Source: Guillardia theta CCMP2712 | Lineage: Eukaryota; Protista; Cryptophyta | NCBI RefSeq assembly: GCF_000315625.1 | Contig: NW_005434508.1 | Span: forward strand, 1 to 64,000 | Reading direction: 5' to 3' | Length of the DNA: 64,000 nucleotides | Shown: one piece after another, positions 46,801 through 58,106 of the stretch | How the letters are laid out: the number at the start of each line of letters is the position of its first letter | How positions within the stretch are numbered: the stretch's first letter is position 1 | Translations under genes and position numbers: made by a program | The notes under the pieces: generated by a model | What the model saw: the letters and a program-made list of their open reading frames with translations, nothing else | Databases searched by the model: none | What the model was told of the DNA's origin: nothing

Positions 46801-49666
46801 CGCCTACGGCAACAACCTGCGCTGCTCGTTTGTGGTTCAGCCTCCCTCCTCCTCCAGCCTCCGCCTCACCTTCCTCGAGATGAACATCGAGCAGAACTTC
46901 GATCGCTTGTACCTCGGACAGTGTATCCCCCCCTCGTCCACCAGCCGTGCTCCCACCACAAGCCCAGCACCGACAACCAGCCGTGCTCCCACCACAAGCC
47001 CAGCGCCTACTACCAGCCGTGCTCCCACCACAAGCCCAGCGCCTACTACCAGCCCAGCTCCTACCACAAGCCCAGCTCCTACTACCAGCCGTGCTCCTAC
47101 CACAAGCCCAGCTCCTACTACCAGCCCAGCTCCTACTACCAGCCGTGCTCCTACCACAAGCCCAGCTCCTACTACCAGCCCAGCTCCTACTACCAGCCCT
47201 GCGCCTACGACGCCCCCGAGCTCGGGCATGACTTGCTCGATCATAAGCGGCAGCCCCTACTCAAGCACGTCGACGATACCGCTCATCACTTCCTCTACCA
47301 GCATCCTCAAGGTCTCCCTCACCTCCGATGCTCAAGCAAGCTTCCTTGCTCGCTGGGGCCCTGAGCCCTCCTACAACGCTGACGCCTGCGCCTCCTCCGC
47401 CGCCGTCGCCCTCCAAGCCGACTACGGCGGTCTCTCCGACGGGGTCGGGCTCTACAGCAACAGCGCCTCCTGCAGCTGGATCTTGGCTCCCGCCGGCGCC
47501 TCGAGCGTCACCCTCGTCTTCACCCAGCTGGACATGGAGTACGGCTACGACTACGTGTACGTCGACGAGTGCAGCGACGCCTCCTGCGCCTCCTCCACGC
47601 AGCTGGCGAGCCTGACGGGGTCGACGATGCCGGGGCCGCTTGTGAGCTCGACGGGGTACATGCGAGTGAGGATGTCGACGGACTACTCGGTGAGGCGCGA
47701 GGGCTTCAAGGCCATCTATGCGGGGTCGACGCGGGTGTACGACTGCAGCTGGGGAGGGACAGGGGCGATCGACAGCCTGCAGGGGCTGATGAGAAACATC
47801 GGAGGAGCGTCATGCGTTTGGACCATTGAGTCATCAACGTCGCTGCCTTCCGCTCGTGTTCTCTACCTCAACGCTGCTGTCAGCTCCCAAGTATCGTTCT
47901 TCTCGTGCTCCGCGGGTGGACAATCTCCTCCTCCTACTACGTCGCCGCCGCCATCTTCTTCTCCTCCTCCTCCTCCTCCGTCGACCTGCTCCTCCTACTC
48001 TGCTGTACCCGGCAGCCCCTTCACCGGTTACAGTCTTCCTACTCCCTTCACGGCCAGCAGCCCCGTCCAGCTCACCTTCACCAGTGACGCCAGCATCACC
48101 TACCAAGGCTTCCTTGCTCGCTGGGGCCCTGAGCCCTCCTACAACGCTGACGCCTGCGCCTCCTCCGCCGCCGTCGCCCTCCAAGCCGACTACGGCGGTC
48201 TCTCCGACGGGGTCGGGCTCTACAGCAACAGCGCCTCCTGCAGCTGGATCTTGGCTCCCGCCGGCGCCTCGAGCGTCACCCTCGTCTTCACCCAGCTGGA
48301 CATGGAGTACGGCTACGACTACGTGTACGTCGACGAGTGCAGCGACGCCTCCTGCGCCTCCTCCACGCAGCTGGCGAGCCTGACGGGGTCGACGATGCCG
48401 GGGCCGCTTGTGAGCTCGACGGGGTACATGCGAGTGAGGATGTCGACGGACTACTCGGTGAGGCGCGAGGGCTTCAAGGCCATCTATGCGGGGTCGACGC
48501 GGGTGTACGACTGCAGCTGGGGAGGGACAGGGGCGATCGACAGCCTGCAGGGGATGATACGTCATGCTGCAGCAAACTCACAAACATCGACGACGTGCTC
48601 TTGGAGCATCGCTCCAGCGGGCACCTCCTCCGTCTCCTTCGTGTTCCATCAGTTCGACCTCAACGCTGCTGTCAGCTCCCAAGTGTCTATTCTTGCTTGC
48701 GCGGCGGGTGGACAATCTCCTCCTCCTCCTCCTTCTCCTTCTCCTCCTTCTCCTCCTCCTCCGTCGACCTGCTCCTCCTACTCTGCTGTACCCGGCAGCC
48801 CCTTCACCGGTTACAGTCTTCCTACTCCCTTCACGGCCAGCAGCCCCGTCCAGCTCACCTTCACCAGTGACGCCAGCATCACCTACCAAGGCTTCCTTGC
48901 TCGCTGGGGCCCTGAGCCCTCCTACAACGCTGACGCCTGCGCCTCCTCCGCCGCCGTCGCCCTCCAAGCCGACTACGGCGGTCTCTCCGACGGGGTCGGG
49001 CTCTACAGCAACAGCGCCTCCTGCAGCTGGATCTTGGCTCCCGCCGGCGCCTCGAGCGTCACCCTCGTCTTCACCCAGCTGGACATGGAGTACGGCTACG
49101 ACTACGTGTACGTCGACGAGTGCAGCGACGCCTCCTGCTCCTCCTCCACGCAGCTTGCGAGCCTGACGGGGTCGACGATGCCGGGGCCGCTTGTGAGCTC
49201 GACGGGGTACATGCGAGTGAGGATGTCGACGGACTACTCGGTGAGGCGCGAGGGCTTCAAGGCCATCTATGCGGGGTCGACGCGGGTGTACGACTGCAGC
49301 TGGGGAGGGACAGGGGCGATCGACAGCCTGCAGGGGATGGTGACGGATGGGCCAGGGAACTACCAGACGTCGACGACGTGCTCTTGGAGCATCGCTCCAG
49401 CGGGCACCTCCTCCGTCTCCTTCGTCTTCCATCAGTTGGACGTGGAGGCCGGCTGGGATACGCTGGCGATCGAGGAGTGCAGCAGCGGGAGGAGAGGGCT
49501 GAAACGGCCAACCTTGTCCTCCACAGCCATCGACAGGCAGACAGTCAGCGATGCCGCGAGCGAGAGACGCGGGGAGTCAGCCTGGTCGGATGTCACGACG
49601 ACCTTGATAGATGTGTTTGGAGAGGTCGCGAAGAAAGCCAGTGAGCTGCTGTCAGGACACGTTTGA
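43851..49666 (+). CDS. Secreted subtilisin-like serine protease (S8, KP-43/TagC type) + EGF + CUB array, long copy; intron 44553-44599
   Basis: Signal peptide and prodomain; triad motifs DTG, HGTHV, GTSMA; AAGN oxyanion motif; LVWTDPPA..DLNL C-terminal barrel; EGF CPNGCSSHGTC..CSCDIGFQGQDC; 7 full plus 2 half CUB domains. Confidence 0.95.
46935..47215 (+). repeat. 18-bp coding tandem repeat encoding APTTS(P/R)
   Basis: About 16 units; about 22 units in the second copy at ~60005-60405. Confidence 0.95.
47341..49335 (+). repeat. Coding tandem repeat of CUB-pair units with 768- and 783-bp spacing
   Basis: cttccttgctcgctggggccctgag starts at 47341, 48109 and 48892, each followed by ~440 bp of near-identical sequence. 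Confidence 0.95.
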
Positions 49667-49762
49667 AGACGTAGATGTTGACATGCTAAGTTTGTTTTCT
49701 TGTAAATCATTTCATGATGCTTCCAGTCTCTTGCTTGTTTTCTCTCTCCTCCTCTCATCATG

Positions 49763-51717
49763 TCATTCTGACGTTGACCAGCGCTCAACCTCTTTCTCTG
49801 GCTCTGGCCGACAATACACATGACGAACGCCAGCAAATCTCTTCCCAAGGTAGCAGACAAGCCGCACCTGTTACATCGACTGTCAACTCTGATTCGATCC
49901 TCCTCCTCCCGCTTCTCCTCCTCCTCTGCCTTCTCCATCCTCCTCCTCTGTCTACTCAGCGATCTCGACTCATCCAGCCGTATCGTTGGTATCAACGGCC
50001 CCGCCGCAGTCTCTTCCTCCTGCTCTCTTTCATGCTCTTCTCCTTCCTCACCTGCGGGTCCAGGTAGGTCGTGTCCATGAGCGCCTACACGGGATCAGCA
50101 GGAGCACACTTGCTGCAGAGAGATGAAGCGAGGAGATGCAGGAGGAGCAGGAGAAGAACAAGCAAGACAGACACACTGAAGGAGGAGGCAGGCAAGGAAG
50201 CAGCAAGAGGGTCAGCAAGAGAAGGAGGAGCAGGTGGAGATGGAGGAGATGGAGGAGCTAGCGGAGCAGCAAGAGAAGGGGGAGCATGAGGAGGAGAAGG
50301 AGGGTTTGCGACCTCATCAGGATCGAAGAACTCTTTCGGCAGGGCTCGCTGCAGAGCTCCTACGAGAGCCTGCAGAGAAAGTGAGGAGGGAGAGAGAGAG
50401 CGGGGTTAGGGTGAGAGAGGAAGAGGGAAGGAGACTGAGCAGACGACTGAGAGGGAGAGGAGGGGAATGAAACGAGGGAGAGGAGGACGAGGATGAGACT
50501 ACAAGACGAGGAGGGAGATTAAAAAGGAGAACTAGCAAATGCATGTAAAGCAGAGGGGGGCTCGGAGGAAGAGAAAGATAGGAGGAGAGGGGAGGAGAGA
50601 GGAGGAGAGAGGAGGAGAGGGGAGAAAGGAGGCGAGCAAGAGAAGAGAGGAGGAGGTACTTCAGGGTTCTTTGGAGGTCTGTTGAGAGGCTCAGGAGTCA
50701 GTCGAAGCTCTTCCACTGAGATGATCATGCGGGTGGGAACGCTGGGGGCCTGGAAGCAAACAATGAGGAAAACATCCTCCTGCATCACGTCCATGCGCTC
50801 CTCTCTCCCTTCCTCCTCCTTTCTCCCTTTCGCTTCCTCTTCCATCCCCCTCCCCCCCTCTCGCTTGCAACTTTCTCGCTCCCTGCCTGCTGCCTCCCTC
50901 CTTCACTCCCTCCCATTATTCGTTCTCCTACACATCTATCGAGCCTTACCTCACTCATGTTGTAAGAGCACTTCACCTCGAACAGGCCTCGCGTCCTTGA
51001 TCCCGTCAGCCTCCCCCCTCAAGGTCCAACAAGCACATCAAGTACCTCAACTCTTCTGCCTGCCCCGTCACATCCTCCCGGTACTCCCACCTTGCCTGAT
51101 GCACCAACTCCCGCGCCCCTCCGTCGATCCTGCTCCTGATGTCTCTGACCTGCTTAAGAATCAGAGACAAGGGAAGACCAGGAGGGAACGAGGAAAGAAA
51201 AATCCAAGAGGAGGAGGAGGAGGAGGAGGAGGAGGAGGAGGAGGAGGAGGAGGAGGAGCAGGAGCAGGAGGAGCAGGAGCAAGAGCAGCAGGAGGGTGTG
51301 GAGTTTATTTCGGCTGTTGAGCAGGACCTTGAGGTTGGTGTCGGGCGAGAGGAGGCGAGAGGTCGAGTACAGGAGCTGCCAATCCCCCGACACGGCGAAG
51401 TTGAAGAAGTTGACGTCGAAAGGAAAGATCTGCTGCTGCTCTAGCTCCGCTATGCACTTCCTTATCATGGTCCTGCTCTCCTCGTCCGACGTCCCTTCCC
51501 GGATGTGCGTCAGCAGGCGCTGGGGAGCCTTTGCTATGTAATCTTGGAAGCCTGCGTCTGAAAAAGCATCGTCGTCTCCCAAGCTCATGCTCCTGCAGAC
51601 AGCTCTTCTGCATCTGAGGCTCGGAGTGAGCTGGCCTGGTAGGTGAAGTTGAAAGCAATCGCAGAGAGAGAAGAGGAGGAGGGCAAAGGAGCAGGATATC
51701 CGGGAGAAAATCTTCAT
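49763..51717 (-). CDS. Plastid lipid-associated protein/fibrillin-like protein with bipartite presequence; multi-exon
   Basis: MKIFSRISCSFALLLFSLCDC-F presequence; IRKCIAELEQ..VSGDWQLLYST; 3' exons ALVGALQRALPKEFFDPDE|ALMDTTYLDPQ|VRLVCYLGKRFAGVRHVYCR..STSE*, where TTYLD..R is the fibrillin C-terminal motif. Confidence 0.8.
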
Positions 51718-53372
51718 GATTATTGCTTTTTGATGCTTGAAAGATTCATTTGCTCCTGCGAGAGTTGTCAATTTCGATTTTCTGTCTTGCACTACCATCA
51801 CTCCCTCTCCTTCCTTCCACTGTCTGTTCTTGTGTTGTGCTCATCGAAAGCAAGTCCTCTCCCCTCTCCCCTCTCCTCTCTCCTCTCCTCTCTCCTCTCC
51901 CCTCTCCTCTCCTCTTCTCTCCTCTCCTCTCCTCTCCTCGTCCTCCAGTTTCGTCCCCACGTTGCCATGTCGAAGATACAAAGCATGGGAATCCTGGTAT
52001 GCTCCCCCCACACAAGGGTACGTGTACGATATTTGACTGATTTTCTGCTATAGTAATGGAAATATAAGGAAACATTTCTTGTGGTCGTAGATGCTTAAAG
52101 GTTCCTTGGTGTACTTTTAAGGGGTGGGGGTACACAGACCACCGGTCTATTTCAATTGATGGGGTACTGACAAGATTTACCTTTGGGGTAGGTCCTTGTT
52201 TTCAGTGGTGGGGTCTAGGGTTGGGTGTTTTAAATAGGAAGGTGGGGTGGAGGCCTCCCAGAGGAAACATGCACGTGCAATCAGGTAATGCAGGGAGGCG
52301 TGCGATGGTGATGGGGAGAGGAGAGGGGAGGAGAGGGGAGGAGAGGGAAGGAGAGGAGAGGAGAGGAGAGGGGAAGAGAGGAGAGGGGAGGAGAGGTAGC
52401 TGAGGCAGAGGGGAGGAAGTGAAGGTGAGGCAAGATGTAATTGAAGACGGATGGGAAGAAAGGAATGATCGCTGATGAAACAATCGTATCTTTTTCTGAC
52501 ACCTCTTCTGAATACCCTTGAGGATACACGTTTCTGAGATCACAACTCCATACCCCACACATCTCATCGAGGGAGTTGCAGAGTTTCTGTTCGCTCATGG
52601 TCATTTGCTACAGGCTGCTGCTGCTGCACGGCAAGGACATTACTCCCCAACGATGGGACGAGGTGAGTTTGCGGAGAGAGACCCCCCCTTGTGTCTGTTC
52701 TTGGCCAATGAGGAACAAAAATTCATTTGGAGACCTGATCTGAGGGAAACCGATGGGGATTTGAATACTTACCTACATTATCTGAGGCTTTTCACCTCCC
52801 TGCACGCGATTTTGAAGATTCTCGTGTTTTTTCGAATGACTGGCATGCAGATGAAGGAACATCATCCCTCCTCGATCATCGTTGTCATGGCTGGAAGTGA
52901 AGTGTGACGTTGTCCCTTTGTTAGCGAATTTTGGAGCTCTGTAAATTTTGTTGTATAGTACATGTGTTTCATTCACCTCCTACCCCTCACCCGCTTTCAC
53001 TGCTGGGCGAAATTTCTCGCCTTGTTTCTGTAGGCGTCGAGGTCACTCTGCGAGAGATTGTTATAAGAAGACGAGGCGAGGAGAGAAGGGAAAGGAAAGG
53101 AGAATGAGAGGGAATGAGAGGGAGGGAGATATGGGGGAATGAGAGGGAAGTGGGTGCGGGACAAGGTGGGTGAGGGTTAGACAGGACTTGCGTAGTAAGC
53201 CACCTGTAGTTTGAGCCAAGGTGAAGGTAGCGAGAGGCAGAGCCACTCGGTGAGGTGAAGCTGCAGTAGGATCTGGAGAAAGAAAATGTCAAAAGCGAAA
53301 AGAGATAAGGAAGAAGAACAGCAGAGGGAGAGAGAGTCAAGGGGAGAGGCGAGGAGCGCGAGGGAAAGAGAG

Positions 53373-55979
53373 TCAAGGGGAGAGGCGAGGAGCGCGAGGT
53401 GAGTGACGGGACATGGAAGGGGTTAGTAGGAGAGACAGTGAAGAAGTGAAGTGAAGGGGATAAACTACCTTAGAAACGTCATCTGCTGACATCTGGGACG
53501 AGGCCTGCTCCTTAGAGGGGTAGAGCCTCGCCTTGACCTCCGTCAGCACTTGCAAGATGACGTCCAGCCTCCTCCGTACTTCTGCCTCCTGCACAGTCGT
53601 CGTGACGCGCAGCTGGGCATTGCGGAGGTGGGAGAGAGTCGTAGCGTACGCCTGGTGGAGGTTCTTGAGCCGAGGGAGGAAGCGGAGGAGGCTCAGGATG
53701 ACATCCAGGTTCCTTCCCAGCACGACGACAACGTGGCTGTGGGCTGGGGGGGAGGAGGAGGAGCGGGAGAAGGGGAGGTGGTGGACGAAGAGGGCCTCGT
53801 CCGGGTTCAGGTGCCAGTCCTGCAGACATCTCTCGACCCCGTCGATCACTGCTGCCGAGTTGGACCGTCCGAAGTGAGCCTGCAGCTTGTTCACCACGTG
53901 CATCTCCGCCTCATCCAGCTCTCTCTTCGTCCCCTGGCTGGTCTTTAGCCCGCAAAGTTCGTTCTCAGCTCGCAGCCTCCTGATGGTAAGGAGGCAACGC
54001 ACCAGCCCGCTCCAGTCCCCCGGCATCACTTCAGCCTCCGTCGACTCCTTGGCATGGTAGAGCGGCTCGATTGCCAGCGCCCCTGGAAGGGCCTGGGAAA
54101 GGACTCGGATGCTGTACCTTGCTGAAGGAACTTCGCGCAGAGACGCTCTTAGAGCGCTCGCAAGCTTCTTGAGAGCTTCCTGAAGCTCCCCGAGACTCCC
54201 CCTGCTCCTCAGGCTGAGCATGGCCGAGTAGTCTTCCTGCCCACTCTCACTGCAGAACCTCGACTCGAACGTCTGCAGCTTGGACAGCAACTTGCTGACG
54301 TCAAAGATGCAGGCCTCTACTATGATCTCCTCCTCCGTCCAGCTGAGCCGCTTCTCCGCCAGCTGAGAGGCGTCGAAGCCGATGTGCTGTTCGAGGATGA
54401 TAGAGGGGACGAAGGGCTCTGCTTTAGGAGGGGTGCTGGACTCCGGCAAGCCCTTGACGTAGACAGTCAGCCGCTGGATTTGAGTCTCAGCCACCCGGTT
54501 GGCCTTCTGCATGTGCTGGACGATCTGAGGGCATCGTGTAGTGAAGTGATAGAGGTTGCGGAGGCGTTGAGCCGTGCTAGTCAAGTTGACGAGGATGTAC
54601 CTTGCGACATGGAACTCCTCTCGCCGAATGGACGCCAGAAGCTCTCTCTCCTCCCTCTCTCGCCTGATCTCCTCGTTCACCCGAGCTTCGTTCGGCGACC
54701 ACACACTGTCGACTTTTTCCATGGTGAGGGTGCGAGCAAGGTCCTTCCGCTTCTCCAGGATCTCCCTCTGCCCGGACTCGTTGATCCTCTTGCAGAACGA
54801 CATGAGCCGAGCTACATAATCTGGCGCCATGGTTGGGAACGGCTGCTCTGTCTCCTGCAGGTGCCTGGAGTAAGTGAACAAGATCGCGATGCCGATCTGG
54901 AAGATGGCAACGCTGCCCTCGAGAAAGATTATGTCCCAGAGCTTGACCACGAGAGGAAGGGGGAGGGCGTTCACGAAGAGCGAAATGAACCACTGCGGGC
55001 AAACCATCCCCAGCAGCTCAGACACGACGATCTCCAGCCCCTCCAGCTCTAGGTAGATGTCGGGTGCGAGGGTCTTGAGAAGGTCGCAGAGGACGAGGAC
55101 AGAGATCTTGAAGCTCGTCAGGGTCCGAGTGAGGCCCCCAGGTATCAGCTGCGTCACCACTGAGTGGAGAGTCCAGAAAGTGTCCTCGTCATCCTCCAGG
55201 TGCAGCAGAAGCAATGCCGCGATGAAGTTCATCCCCTGGCTGTACCCCAGCTCCTTGTTGTGAGCTGAGTATGCCAGCAGGCATCGCCGTAGCCTCTCTT
55301 GTCCCTCCGGGCTCGCGATGTAGGGGATGTCAGGCATCGACCGCCCCAGGTCTCTGCCGATCTCCGACGCAACGTCCGCATGGTCCTCCATCCGCAGCTC
55401 GCACAGATGCTTATAGTACTGCTCCCCTGCGTCCTCCCTCAACAGGCTCGTCCTTGCGCACAGCCGCCAAAGACGCCCCCTCCTCTGCTTGGACACTTCT
55501 TTCAGGTAGCCCCCTTGCAGCAGGGAGCTCATCTCAGCGCACAGGAACTGTCGCCATGCTCGATCTGTGAGCGCGTCTTCTGACTTCACCGAAGACTTCT
55601 CGAGTGGCCTTGCAATTACGTCAAAGCAGATGTCCGCTACCACAGCGTTCCTTCGCCTTAGAGCGTCCAAGATCTGATCCCTGATAGGGAATCGATTCTC
55701 TGGCTGCCTGGAAGCCTGCCCCGTCTCGTCGTCATGGAACTTCGATCGAAGGTTGTTCACGACGCTGCCATTCTCTGCCGCCCACTCCTCAACCTCTGTG
55801 ACAACAACATCTCTTGGAAGCTCTCTCAGCAGTTGTCTTAACAAGGCTCTTCTTCCTTCTCCCTCATGCTGCATGCCATCTGAATCTGTCGTGCCTTGTG
55901 GAGGCATGTTGTCCTTGCCTTCGCTCTCGGGCACGGGTGTTTCCTCCACCATCGAGTCGCCGGACTCAGCGGTTATCAT
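53373..55979 (-). CDS. TBC-domain Rab GTPase-activating protein (main exon; extra small exons likely toward ~52560 and ~56150)
   Basis: RGRLW..EIGRDLGRS (Arg finger), LLAYS..GYSQGMNFIAALLLL (Gln finger), QWFISLF..LWDIIFLEG. Confidence 0.9.
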   Translation of the reverse strand: MITAESGDSMVEETPVPESEGKDNMPPQGTTDSDGMQHEGEGRRALLRQLLRELPRDVVVTEVEEWAAENGSVVNNLRSKFHDDETGQASRQPENRFPIRDQILDALRRRNAVVADICFDVIARPLEKSSVKSEDALTDRAWRQFLCAEMSSLLQGGYLKEVSKQRRGRLWRLCARTSLLREDAGEQYYKHLCELRMEDHADVASEIGRDLGRSMPDIPYIASPEGQERLRRCLLAYSAHNKELGYSQGMNFIAALLLLHLEDDEDTFWTLHSVVTQLIPGGLTRTLTSFKISVLVLCDLLKTLAPDIYLELEGLEIVVSELLGMVCPQWFISLFVNALPLPLVVKLWDIIFLEGSVAIFQIGIAILFTYSRHLQETEQPFPTMAPDYVARLMSFCKRINESGQREILEKRKDLARTLTMEKVDSVWSPNEARVNEEIRREREERELLASIRREEFHVARYILVNLTSTAQRLRNLYHFTTRCPQIVQHMQKANRVAETQIQRLTVYVKGLPESSTPPKAEPFVPSIILEQHIGFDASQLAEKRLSWTEEEIIVEACIFDVSKLLSKLQTFESRFCSESGQEDYSAMLSLRSRGSLGELQEALKKLASALRASLREVPSARYSIRVLSQALPGALAIEPLYHAKESTEAEVMPGDWSGLVRCLLTIRRLRAENELCGLKTSQGTKRELDEAEMHVVNKLQAHFGRSNSAAVIDGVERCLQDWHLNPDEALFVHHLPFSRSSSSPPAHSHVVVVLGRNLDVILSLLRFLPRLKNLHQAYATTLSHLRNAQLRVTTTVQEAEVRRRLDVILQVLTEVKARLYPSKEQASSQMSADDVSKVVYPLHFTSSLSLLLTPSMSRHSPRAPRLSP

Positions 55980-57241
55980 ACTGGTGGAGTCAGCAGCGTG
56001 AGATCCAGAGGCACTCCGACTGGTCGAGCATACGAGGAGGAGCTTCAGTGGATGAGTACCATCGAGTTCAAGAGAACAGCAGCGCCAGCAGCCCGATCAT
56101 TCCCAGTGGCTTCAGAACATCGACTTGACTGCTTCAAGGCTTCTGTGTCAATCAGTTCCTTCTCCCTCTCAGTACATTCGAGCTCGATCTGCCTTTGTAT
56201 AACCCGCCCTTGCTCGCCCCTCCGTCCCTCTTCAATTCGCCTGTTACGCTCCTCACTTTGTGCCTGCCTCCCTGACACCAACTCTTCATACACCTCCCCC
56301 TCTTCTCATCCCTCTCCTCTTCTCTCCTCTCCTCTCCTCTCTCCCTCCTCTCAGTCTGCTCCTGTCCTTCACTCCCCTTTCTTGTTACATAGCGCTACCA
56401 TCCCCGACCGCAATACACTGCGACGGTTATTTCATCGTTACTTTCAACCAGCTATTTGTGCTGCCTTCTCTTTTATCCCGATTTACACCTGAGGCGGGCT
56501 TAGTTTGAAACTCCAACAACTGCGATTCTTTACTCAAGTCAGAAATCAGTGGCTGCAGTATTCAATGATTGGAGGCGCTCGGAACCCTCCCTCCAGTATT
56601 TGTCCCTGGCTCTCGGGGCCAGAGTGAGCCTCCGAGGCTCGGAGCGGCGAGTCAGGCTCGTAGCGGCCGCCAGTGCCGATGGCACCGAGCCTGAGAGCCA
56701 AATTGATTCAGTGATCGGCGGCTTCGCAGCCTGTAGGTTTCTTTCTGTGACTCAAAGTTAAGAAGTTAAAAATCAGTACGAGGACAATCAGGTCGAGGAG
56801 GCTTGACCCGTAGGATGATCAGGGTGTAGGAGTAACCGCGTTGGAGGCCCATGAGACTCGGTGACTTCAAACTTAGTTGGGGGGCGGCTCACTGAGTCAG
56901 TGCGATCAGAGCTTTCATCTCATATTCTTGAGGGAAAACAGCAAGTTAGAGATTTCTCAAACCAAAACACAATAACAATCATGGCCCTCAAGTGATCCCT
57001 GGACAGCTTCAATCAATCGTGCAGAAACAGGCGATGGTTGTATCAAGGTGTGTCAATGTTTATAAGAACATAAAGAAGGGTTTCTGTGAAAGGATGCTAA
57101 CACAAGCGCGCACGTAGATTGAAAAATATTTCTTTATGCAATATCATGGTTTGCATACCTGTCTGTGGCCTCGAGAAAAGATTTTCGAATGAATGAGCAC
57201 ATACCTTGCAAGCTTTGAACTTTGACAAACACGCGATGGAA

Positions 57242-57571
57242 TCATGGAGATTTGCTTAGCGTCGTCTGAATCAGATTTTCACACTCATGCTTCCACCTCT
57301 CCATCTCCCTTTCATCTTCGGTCAGCATGGGCTTACTAGTCTTCTGCGAGCTTTCTGTCTTGATAGGCGGCCTTGATCCTTGTGGCAGGGTGTCTCTGTT
57401 GGAAAGTAGCCCAGTCGCCTTTGACCATCGAGGAGGAGTGCCGAGAGGAGGAGAGTAGCTGGGCTGGAACTCGGACCTGTTGCTCAGCGGGACAGAGCCT
57501 GGTTTGTACATGAGCGACCGCCGACCTGTCGACTTTCTGCTAGCGCATTCGCAGCACATGGCGTTTAGCAT
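57242..57571 (-). CDS. Small hypothetical protein (109 aa)
   Basis: ATG-started intronless ORF, not low-complexity, with an N-terminal Cys cluster and a charged C-terminal helix; no homology recognised. Confidence 0.4.
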   Translation of the reverse strand: MLNAMCCECASRKSTGRRSLMYKPGSVPLSNRSEFQPSYSPPLGTPPRWSKATGLLSNRDTLPQGSRPPIKTESSQKTSKPMLTEDEREMERWKHECENLIQTTLSKSP

Positions 57572-58106
57572 TGCGACAAACCTCTGCTTGAAAGGGCGAA
57601 CGACAATTCAAGAGGGTAGGGTAGTGCATAAAGGGGTCCTAATGTCAGATAACAATGCTCTTATATCAGGGTGGGTTGTTCAGGTGAGGCTGTGGAGGGG
57701 TGGGGGGTACGACAAGTTCTGTCGGGGGTCACTGATCGTACTAGTGGGTGTTGGAGATAAGTAAATTTCAGTACCTGGATTCACATGTGACTAAAATGTG
57801 TAGGTTGCAAGAGTGTCACCTACGCGAACGCTCCGACACAGAGTCGGTCTCAACGCCGGGCCCGGGCTCCGGAGTCCGGGGCCGGCCGGTGACTCCGGGC
57901 CGAGTGACCGGCGACTCAGCCTGACTTGACTTACTAGTTACTGGCCCGATCCTGATCGGACTGCGACAGATCTGTTCGCTCAGCGGCTAGACATAGCTCT
58001 AATCGTACGGAAGTTCCAGTGATCCGACCTGCAGTGCAGTTCCTGCTCTAGAGCCGGGTTCCAGGAGCCGGGAAGGGAGAGTCCGACGGTCATTGTTTGC
58101 TTCCAG

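Larger units (their letters stand above)
43584..50766. repeat. Left arm of an inverted segmental duplication (partner 58090-63804)
   Basis: Reverse-complement identity from gtcggttaggataaggat (43584; partner ends 63804) to gcctggaagcaaacaatga (~50766; partner starts 58090). Confidence 0.95.

Noticed and set aside
49640-50300. Possible extra 3' exons giving the protease a TM anchor via the gtgag at 49641
   Set aside because: This DNA is better explained by opposite-strand fibrillin exons (ALMDTTYLDPQ|VRLVCY..); no coherent plus-strand continuation was found.
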